64,000 nucleotides of DNA from contig JASTWF010000328.1 in assembly GCA_030390025.1 (NCBI GenBank), forward strand, positions 248,001 to 312,000, read 5' to 3'. Position 1 is the stretch's first letter; every line of letters starts with the position of its first letter. This document shows, piece after piece, positions 56,001-64,000 of this stretch. A program made the translations under genes and the position numbers. Source of the DNA: Squalus acanthias (Eukaryota). The notes beneath the pieces are model-generated. The model did not search any database. It saw nothing but the letters and a program-made list of their open reading frames with translations, and was not told the origin of the DNA.

Positions 56001-59000
56001 TGTGTTGTTGCTCCGTAATGTAGGGAAACAAACAGTTCAGTTAAACCAGGGAGAAGCAGATTCAACACCAATATGTCCAATAATAAGATCAGTTAGTAAT
56101 TCCCTAAGGACTGGAGAATCTAAAATGGATCCTTATGAACAAGTAGGGATTTTACAGTCTTTATCGGATCAGCAAATACAGGTCACTGAGAGTCTGATAA
56201 TTTAATTACAATAAATCATATTTAATAAGGCTGGACAGCAGAATGTAAATATAAAATATAATCCGGCAGTAAAGATAAAATTAATTTAAAATATTTTCCA
56301 CATCCACCATTTCAACTGGGAACAGGAGAGAAACCCGAGTTTAAATCACTAACAGTTCGATATTTACTCCAAAACCGTGCAGGGTGTGTCTTGTCGAGGG
56401 GGTAGTTTCCTGGATTGGGAATATTGGGGAATCGGGATTTCTTTCAGCTGTTAATGTTTACAATTATTCACAGTCCTGAACATTGAGTAAAGATTGATAT
56501 TCAGGATCTTAAACCTGCCGGTGAAAAGGTTCCAATCTAACCGGAGTACAGACACACACCGGCCAGCGGTGGGGCCTCGCACACAGCGGGCGGCTCCTGG
56601 GGAAACCGGGGGCAGTGAATCCGGGAATTCCCGTAATCCGCCCCCTGTGAGTGAGGCCCCGCTCGGGGAGGGAACTTCCGAAAATTCCCCAATAACTGTC
56701 GGGCCAGTTACACCTGAAATAAATGTAGAGCCGGTTTAATGGGAATAAAGTGAGAGACTCCCCTCCCCTATAAACTAGGAGTACAGGGACATTTAAAACT
56801 TGTAACGGGACAGAATAAACTCTATTGCTTCTATTGACAAACATTCACTATAAGCCCTCTGACTCCCACAGCTACCTGGAATACACTTCCTCCCACCTCG
56901 CTTCCTGTAAGGACCCTGGTCCATTCTCCCAGTTTTTCCGTCACTGCCGCATCTGCTCTGACAATGCCACGTTCCATACTAGTGCTTCCGACATGTCTTC
57001 CTTTTTCCTCAATGGAGGATTCCCCTCTACCGTGGTGACACGGCTCTTGACCGTGTCCGTTCTATTTCCCGCACTTCTGCCCTCACCCCTGCCCCTCCCT
57101 CCCAGAACCACGATAGGTTTCCCCTTGTCCTCACCTTTCACCCCACCAGCCTCCGCATTCAATGGATCATCCTCTGCCATTTCCCCACCTCCAGCGTGAT
57201 CCCACCACCAAACACATCTTCCCCTCACCTCCCCTTTCAGCATTCTGAAGGGACCGCTCCCTCCACGACACCCTGGTCCACTCCTCAATCACCCCCAACA
57301 CCCCTTCCCCTTCCCACGGCACCTTCCCGTGCAAGCGCAGGAGATGCTACACCTGCCCTTTTACCACTTCCCTTCCCACTGTCCAGGGCCCCAAACACTC
57401 CTTCCAGGTAAAACAGTGATTTACTTGTACTTCTTGCAATTTAGTATACTGTATTCGCTGCTCACGATGCGGACTCCTCTACATTGGGGAGACCAAACGC
57501 AGATTGGGTGACCGCTTTGTGGAACACCTCCGCTCAGTCCGTAAGTGTGACCCCGAGCTTCTGGTCGCCTATCGCTTTAATTCTCTGCTCCACTCCCACT
57601 CTGATCTCTGTATTCTCGGCCTCTTACACTCTTCCAACAAAGTACAACATTAGATCGAGGAACAGCACCTCATCTTTCAATTAGGCACTTTACAGCCCTC
57701 TGGACTCAACATCGAGTTCAACAATTTCAGACTATAAACTCGGCCCCTATTTTATTTTTTTCATTATTGTTTTTCCTTTTCCCTTGTTTTTCCCTCGCAT
57801 GACAGCTGTTGATGACTTTGCCATTGCCATTCACACCTCATCTAGATTCATGTTTTGATTTTTAACTTGTCCCATTACCAGCTCCTTTTGCTTGCACCAT
57901 CATCCCTTTTGTCTTTTAATCTCTCCTGTCTTCCACCCTATCACAGACCTTCCCTTTTGTTCTTTCCTCCGCTCCCCCCACCTTTCTCTGCCCCTAAACT
58001 TGCTTAAAAATCTGTTACATCTGTAACTTTTTCCAGTTCTGACGAAGGGTCCTCGATCCTGAAACATTAACTCTGTTTCTCTCTCTATAGATGCTGCCTG
58101 ACCTGCTGGGAATTGCCAGCATTTCCTGTTTTTATTTCAGCATAAATTCTCCGTGTTATATAAAATCCTGGGGGACTGATTTTACAGCAGCAGTTAGCGC
58201 CGTTTCACAATATAACTCACCCCGAGATATTATACAGATTAATATAATGCACAGAGTATAAAGTACAGGGAATCACCGCTTTATCATTTAATTCTGGGAA
58301 AATCACCCCATTCCCATAAAATCCGGGAATTAAGGAGCAGCAGAAATGAGACAAGTTTCTCCAAACATGACGGGGCCGGTCACTGAGCTCCAAGAGGGTA
58401 ATTCTGATCATCAGGGAATGAGACCGGACTGAGGGACACCCGGCCCGCCACCGACCCCACCCGACCCGACCCGCCCCCGACCCGCCACCGGCCCCACCCG
58501 ACCCGCCCCCGGCCTGCCTCCGACCCCGGTCCCTCCCGACCCGCCTCCGGGCCCTCCCGACCCGCCTCCGACCCTGTCCCCACCCGACCCGCCACAGACC
58601 CCGGCCCCACCCGACCCGACCCCGGCCCCACCCGAACCGACCCCGGACCCACCCGACCCACCACCGACCCCGGCCCCACCCGACCCGCCACCGACCCCGG
58701 CCCGACCCGACCCCCGGCCCCACCCGACCCGCCCAGGGGGGAAATCGCGGGGGGAAACCGGATTATTAATGTCGGGAAGGACTTTCAGTGATTGCTGTAA
58801 TATCCGAGAGAGAAAAATATATCAGATCCGGGCTTTGATTCAGTTTGTTTCTCTCTCTCTCTTTGTGTTTAGTCTGAGTCACAATGAACTGGGAGATTCA
58901 GGAATGAAACTGGTGTCTGCGGCTCTGAGGAACCCGGACTGTAAAATACAGAAACTGAGGTAAGTACCAGACTGTGTGAGATTGTGTTTATAATAACTGG

Positions 59001-59842
59001 ATGTCTGACACTGAACATTATTATTAGTATCAGTAATAGTGTTATTAATAAACTCTGGGGATTGACTCTGATTCCTGTTATTTCTCTCTCTGATCCCCAG
59101 TCTATGGTCTGTCGGTCTCACAGATTCTGGTGCCGAGGATCTCGCCTCCGCTCTCAGTACAAACCGCTCACTGACGGATCTGAACCTGAACGGCAATGAA
59201 CTGGGAGATTCAGGAGTGAAACTAGTGTCTGCGGCTCTGAGGAACCCGGACTGTAAAATACAGAAACTGTGGTAAGTACCAGACTGTGTGAGATTGTGTT
59301 TATAATAACTGGATGTCTGACACTGAACATTATTATTAGTATCAGTAATAGTGTTATTAATAAACTCTGGGGATTGACTCTGATTCCTGTTATTTCTCTC
59401 TCTGATCCCCAGGCTGGTGTCTGTCGGTCTCACAGATTCTGGTGCCGAGGATCTCGCCTCCGCTCTCAGTACAAACCGCTCACTGACGGATCTGTACCTG
59501 GGATTAAACTCCTTCACAGATCGATCTGTCCCCGCTCTCAGCCGCCTCACACTGACCTGCCGGAGTCTGGAGCGGATCGGTGAGTGTTTGTGTTAATGTT
59601 TAATGTAATAAATAAAATATCAATGGGATTCAGTCACTTTAATGGGTAATATTTGTCTGTAATTATTATTGAAATATTAACCCCAGTCTCGCGGTTATTT
59701 ACACTGATGTTCAATCTGTTTATTTCCTGTTTAATCTTTAATCTGTTTCAGGCTGGGGAACAATCGGTTCAGTTCAGACGGAGCGAGACTCCTGAGGGCG
59801 CTGCAGGGAGCAAGACCCGGATTGACAGTGACCGTTAATTGA
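36847..59842 (+). CDS. NOD-like receptor (CARD-like - FISNA-like - NACHT - LRR; NLRP3/NLRC3-like), copy B. Join 36847-36910, 40069-40235, 51585-51756, 51862-51927, 54144-55947, 58873-58959, 59101-59271, 59413-59579, 59752-59842
   Basis: Manual splice model with all introns GT-AG. Phases 1,0,1,1,2,2,2 keep one frame from ccaccATGG to exon 8; the exon 8/9 junction is 1 nt short. NACHT motifs are intact and a 171-nt LRR exon is present. Orthology cannot be assigned by eye. Confidence 0.9.
39100..39895 (-). mobile_element. CR1-type LINE 3' fragment (distinct subfamily)
   Basis: ARGHHFKL...[16 protein letters not shown]. Confidence 0.8.
40069..40235 (+). CDS. NLR exon 2B (N-terminal half of CARD-like domain)
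   Basis: cacag acceptor, gtgagt donor; [17 protein letters not shown]...HFSEQEHR. Confidence 0.88.
40390..41447 (+). mobile_element. 5'-truncated CR1, closely related to 30440-31507
   Basis: [14 protein letters not shown]; tail present; empty site in the paralogous intron near 12280. Confidence 0.92.
43294..43675 (-). mobile_element. CR1 3' fragment
   Basis: ORF 43365..43679, [13 protein letters not shown]. Confidence 0.85.
43875..45880 (-). mobile_element. Family-2 LINE, internally deleted and degraded, retaining the tRNA-like head (~45810-45880)
   Basis: Reverse-strand homology to 27381-34000. Confidence 0.8.
46141..50600 (-). mobile_element. Near full-length CR1 LINE: 5' UTR, ORF1 (Zn finger/leucine zipper + esterase), ORF2 (EN-RT); frameshifted
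   Basis: ORF1 CSSC...HVCRKC and IGTND; ORF2 [22 protein letters not shown]; (cttatgtt)n tail at 46141. The 5' boundary is approximate. Confidence 0.93.
50620..51062. repeat. 67-nt GC-rich minisatellite, ~6.6 copies
   Basis: ttatcctctgcc recurs at 50620, 50687, 50754, 50821, ... Confidence 0.95.
51585..51756 (+). CDS. NLR exon 3B (C-terminal half of CARD-like domain)
   Basis: [37 protein letters not shown]...; the LLxLVxxKG pattern resembles CARD helices 4-5. Confidence 0.88.
51862..51927 (+). CDS. NLR exon 4 (66-nt linker, [22 protein letters not shown])
   Basis: aaacag acceptor, AAG|gtaagg donor; phase 1-1, open. Confidence 0.75.
52217..53143. repeat. 39-nt minisatellite, ~24 near-identical copies
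   Basis: Unit caggatcctgatacactgtgaaaccccatacacacctgg. Confidence 0.97.
53539..53925. repeat. 86-nt tandem repeat, ~4.5 copies, with internal inverted repeat tgtcccact/agtgggaca
   Basis: ccattca recurs at 53539, 53625, 53711, 53797. Confidence 0.9.
54144..55947 (+). CDS. NLR exon 5: FISNA-like region, NACHT (NBD-HD1-WHD-HD2), first LRRs
   Basis: Walker A GVPGIGKT, Walker [11 protein letters not shown], sensor-1 [33 protein letters not shown]2 FLRFVAGL. Confidence 0.97.
56623..56690. promoter_or_regulatory. Cluster of NF-kB-like sites in a CpG-rich intronic patch
   Basis: GGGAATTCCC 56623-56632, GGGAACTTCC 56670-56679, GAAAATTCCCC 56680-56690. Confidence 0.4.
56828..58140 (+). mobile_element. 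Penelope-like retroelement 3' part (RT C-terminus, GIY-YIG endonuclease, terminal repeat)
   Basis: [48 protein letters not shown] at about 57440-57530. Confidence 0.88.
58035..58072 (+). ncRNA. Minimal hammerhead ribozyme relic in the Penelope terminal repeat
   Basis: agtt-CTGACGA-agggtc(ctc)gatcct-GAAAC-att-aact. Confidence 0.65.
58436..58735. repeat. C-rich low-complexity minisatellite (ccgac / ccggccccacccga); G-rich on the minus strand
   Basis: Visible in the sequence. Confidence 0.9.
58873..58959 (+). CDS. NLR exon 6 (87-nt LRR)
   Basis: [29 protein letters not shown]; phase 2-2. Confidence 0.92.
59101..59271 (+). CDS. NLR exon 7 (171-nt double LRR)
   Basis: [42 protein letters not shown]...; phase 2-2. 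Confidence 0.93.
59413..59579 (+). CDS. NLR exon 8 (LRR; 167 nt as written)
   Basis: [56 protein letters not shown]; gtgagt donor at 59580. Confidence 0.88.
59752..59842 (+). CDS. NLR terminal exon 9 (LRR cap)
   Basis: tttcag acceptor; the phase-2 frame reads [29 protein letters not shown]. Confidence 0.75.
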
Positions 59843-61447
59843 ATTTAATTTAATTTAACGGTTTCCCGCTCGAGCTGATCGCGTCATCTCCCATTGTGAT
59901 GTCAGAGGCCCAGCCACAGGGTCACGTGACTCAGCCGCTCTCAGGCTGCACCCCTTTCAAAATGGATGTGAGAGTGTGAGTTTCTGCAAATTGCAGAGTC
60001 TGTGAGAGTGTGTCTGTATGTGAGTTTCTGCAAATTGCAGAGTCTGTCTGAGTGTGTCTGTATGTAAGTTTCTGCAAATTGCAGAGTCTGTCTGAGTGTG
60101 TCTGTATGTCATTTTGGTTTTAATCTTCCAACTCGGCAGTCATCCCTCAACAGGCTGGCCAGGCTGTGAGTTTGTGTGTGACAAGGCAGGCTGGCAGGCA
60201 TAGAGAGAAATCAAGACATCATGCAGAATAAAATAGTGAAAACTGTCTGTTTGCTTTTAAACTCCCAAATAGAGCAGAGCTATGATATAAATCAACTTTC
60301 TTTCATTGCTGACAGTGATTTGTGGCAATTTTGCAGGCTGGTCTGTGTGTGTGTGTGTGTGAGTGTGTGACAGAGAGAGAGACAGACAGCAAAAGCTGGT
60401 GTGTATGCAGGGCTTGTCTGTGTTCAAGTTATCTGCCGTGTGCATTGGTACTGCATCTCATGTCTGAAAAAAACAGAATGTATATACCATTAGATCATAC
60501 TGATTTAATTCCAGACTACGCTGTGGTGGGATCTTACTTTGCCTTTCATTCAAGAATTTTGTAAAAAGCAAATCTGCATATATACATCAAGCCATTTGAT
60601 ATTTTTCTGGACTGGACTTTATTGGGGAATGTTTGTGAAGTGTTTCATGGCACATCCTGCTGTGGGATCTTACTCTCCCCTTCAGCCCAACCCAAACAAG
60701 ACAAGACATTTGTTAAAAATAAGTATATATTTTATTTTTTAATTATTTTCAGAATAATCCATTTGATTTTTTTCTGGACTGGGCTTTATTGGGGAATGTG
60801 CTTGGGATGTTTTCAGAGCAAAAGCTGCAGTGCGATCTTTCCATTCATTTTATTACACTCCAGGCAAACCACAGACAGGCAGACATTTAATTAACAGAAG
60901 TAAAGTATATATATTATTATTTATTCCTGATTGTATTTACTTCTTTTCACCCTCCCGGGCTTTCATTTCCTCTCGGGGACCCGGATTTCTGGTGGCCTCG
61001 GCTTCACATCTTCCTGTTTGATTGTCCTCGTCAAACATGGACGCACAGCCAGGAAGGGACATCATCAAAAATTGACACTCCCAGGCTCCACATCTTTCAA
61101 AATGGATGTGTGTGTGAGGGTGAGTTTCTGCAAATTGCAGAGACTGTGTGAGTGTGTCTGTAAGTGAGTGGGTGTCTGTGTTTCTGTAAATTGCAGAGTC
61201 TGTGTGAGTGTGTGTGTCATGTTACTGTAAATTTTAGTTCAATGTGGGTGGGAGGGTGTCTGTGTGAGTGGCAGACAGACAGAGAGTCAGTGAGAGGGAG
61301 AGAGACATGAAAGCAAGAGGCAAGTAGCAGAATAGAAAGCCTGTTTCTGTAGGCCACAAAGTGAAAAGATAAGATACTGAAAAGTGTCTTTTTGGTTTTA
61401 ATCTTCCAACACGGCAGTCATCCCTCTGCAGGCTGGCCAGGCTGTGA

Positions 61448-61480
<33 letters not shown>

Positions 61481-61796
61481 GGCAAAAGCTGGTGTTTGTG
61501 TGAGATGTGGTCTGCTGTCTTATTACCTGATGTTGTTGTATTAAACCCTAGTGATTTCATTCTGGCCTGGTCCACATGTAATGCTGTTGTGTATCACTTC
61601 ATTGCAATTTATTTCATTTCACTTCACTTCAAGACAGACAGTCAGTCAGTCAGATACTGAAAATGTCTTTGTGGACTGTCTGACAATAAAAGCTGCTCTG
61701 GGATCTTTGCATTCTTTTTATTCCACTCTACTCAAATCAAGACAAGGCAGGCTGGCAGTGAGAGAGACACATGAAATCAAGACAAAATGCAGAATA

Positions 61797-62045
61797 GAAA
61801 TAAAAACAGAAAATGCTGGAAATACTCAGTATGTTAGGCAGCATCAGTGGAGATACAGAGAAACAGAGTAAATGTTTCAGCTCGATGACCTTTCGTCAGA
61901 ACCTTGCCAGAATCTGACAAAAGGTAATCGAGCTGAAACATTAACTCTGTTTCTCTCTCTCTCAGCAGATGCTGCCTTACCTGCTGAGTATTTCCAAAAT
62001 TTCTGTTTTTATTTCAGATTTCCCACTTCCACAGATTTGCTTTTG
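61797..62045. mobile_element. Fold-back of two inverted Penelope terminal repeats, TSD atgcagaata
   Basis: Arms 61797-61900 and 61910-62015 are near reverse complements; the right arm resembles 58035-58140. Confidence 0.8.
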
Positions 62046-62204
62046 ATGCAGAATAGAAAGCCTGTTTCTGTAGGCCGCAAAATGAAAAGATAAAATACTG
62101 AAAACTGTCTGTTTGCTTTTAAACTGCCAAACAGAGCAGAGCTATGATAGAAATCAACTTTCTTTCATTGCTGACAGTGATTTGTGGCGATTTTGCAGGC
62201 TGGC

Positions 62205-62235
<31 letters not shown>

Positions 62236-63610
62236 CAGACAGCAAAAGCTGGTGTGTATGCAGGGCTTGTCTGTGTTCAAGTTATCTGCCGTGTTCATTG
62301 GTACTGCAGCTCATGTCTGAAAAAAACAGAAAGTTTACTCCATTTGATCATATTGATTTAATTCCAGACTGCACTGTTGTGGGATCTTACTTTGCCTTTC
62401 TTTCAAGAATTTTGTAAAAAGCAAATCTACATATATACATCAAGCCATTTGATATTTTTCTGGACTGGACTTTATAGGGGAATGTTTGTGAGTGTTTCAT
62501 GGCACATCCTGCTGTGGGATCTTACTCTCCCCTTCAGCCCAACCCAAACAAAACAAGACATTTTTAAAAAAAGTATATTAAATTTTTTAAATATTTTCAG
62601 AATAATCCATTTGATTTTTTTCTGGACTGGGCTTTATTGGGGAATGTGCTTGGGATTTTTCAGAGCAAAACTTGCTGTGCGATCTTTCCATTCATTTTAT
62701 TACACTCCAGGCAAACCACAGACAGGCAGACATTTAGTTAACAGAAGTAAAGTATATATATTATTTATTCCTGATTGTATTTACCTCTTTTCACCCTCCC
62801 GGGCTGTCATTTCCTCTGGGGGACCCGGATTTCTGGTGCCTTGGCTTCACTTCTTCTTGTTTGATTGTCCTCATCAAACATGGCCGCACAGCCAGGAAGG
62901 GACATCATCAAAAATTGACACTCCCAGACTGCACATTTTTCAAAATAATTGTGTGAGTGTCAGTTTCTGCAAATTGCAGAGTATGTGTGAGTGTGTATGC
63001 ATGTGCGTGGGTGTCTGTGTGTCTGCCAATTGCAGTGATGTTACTGTAAATTTTAGTTCAATGTGGGTGGGAGGGAGACTGTGTGAGTGGCAGACAGACA
63101 GTTAGTGAGAGGGAGAGAGACATGAAATCAAAAGGCAAGTAGCAGAATAGAAAGCCTATTTCTGTAGGCCCCAAAGTGAAAAGATAAGATACTGAAAAGT
63201 GTCTTTTTGGTTTTAATCTTCCAACACGGCAGTCATCCCTCTGCAGGCTGGCCAGGCTGTGAGTGTGTGTGTGTGAGAGAGAGAGAGGGCAAAAGCTGCT
63301 GTTTGTGTGAGATGTGGTCTGCTGTCTTATTACCTGCTGTTGTATTAAACCCTATTGATTTCATTCTGGCCTGGTCCACATGTAATGCTGTTGTGTATCA
63401 CTTCATTGCACTTTATTTCATTTCACTTCACTTCAAGACCGACAGTCAGTCAGTGAGATATTGAAAAATGTCTTTGTGGACTGTCTGACATTAAAAGCTG
63501 CACTGGGATCTTTGCATTCTTTTTATTCCACTCTACTCAAATCAAGAAAAGGGCTGGCAGGCTGGCAAGCAGTGAGAGAGACACATGAAATCAAGACAAC
63601 ATGCAGAATA

Positions 63611-63863
63611 GAAATAAAAACAGAAAATGCTAGAAATACTCAGTATGTTAGGCAGCATCAGTGGAGAGACAGGGAAACAGAGTAAATGTTTCAGCTCGAT
63701 GACCTTTCGTCACAACCTTGCCAGAATCTGACAAAAGGTAATCGAGCTGAAACATTAACTCTGTTTCTCTCTCTCTCTCCACAGATGTTGCCTTACCTGC
63801 TGAGTATTTCCAGCATTTTCTGTTTTTATTTCAGATTTCCCACATCCACAGCATTTTCTTTTG
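63611..63863. mobile_element. Second copy of the Penelope-terminus fold-back
   Basis: Same structure and TSD as 61797-62045. Confidence 0.8.
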
Positions 63864-64000
63864 ATGCAGAATAGAAAGCCTGTTTCTGTAGGCCGCAAAT
63901 TGAAATGATAAAACACTGAAAAATCTCTGTTTGCTTTTAAACTGCCAAACAGAGCAGAGCAATGATAGAAATCAACTTTCTTTCATTGCTCACAGTGATT

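Larger units (their letters stand above)
59955..64000. repeat. Tandem array with a ~1.82-1.86 kb unit (2+ copies, running off the window), rich in GT/GA microsatellites
   Basis: ctgtttgcttttaaact recurs at about 60247, 62109 and 63927. Confidence 0.92.

Noticed and set aside
58879..59550. 223-aa antisense ORF across the LRR exons
   Set aside because: By-product of the 312-nt (multiple of 3) duplication; no recognisable domain
62377..63105. 242-aa hydrophobic ORF
   Set aside because: The sister repeat unit is broken into several frames; low complexity and no motifs

Overview
Vertebrate genomic DNA, most likely a cartilaginous fish (inferred from the repeat families and NLR type), densely filled with LINE/SINE relics and minisatellites. 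The one intact-looking gene is a + strand NOD-like receptor with a CARD-like death fold, FISNA-like region, NACHT and RI-type LRRs. Its nine coding exons run from 36847 to 59842 (about 929 aa), with an apparent 1-nt shortfall at the exon 8 donor. Upstream lie paralogous 5' modules: a second CARD cassette (exons 7334-7429, 11204-11370, 16234-16384) with no NACHT of its own, and a third leader exon (24330-24425). All are open and splice-phase compatible with the main gene, so the window could encode single-CARD, swapped-CARD, tandem-CARD or CARD-only products. Other notable points: LRR exon+intron units with identical introns but variable surface codons; an amphipathic insert before Walker A; a single-ORF LINE with a tRNA-like head; Penelope-derived hammerhead ribozyme relics, including fold-back pairs in a ~1.85 kb 3' tandem array; and an intronic NF-kB site cluster. 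All comparisons were made by eye, and repeat boundaries are approximate.
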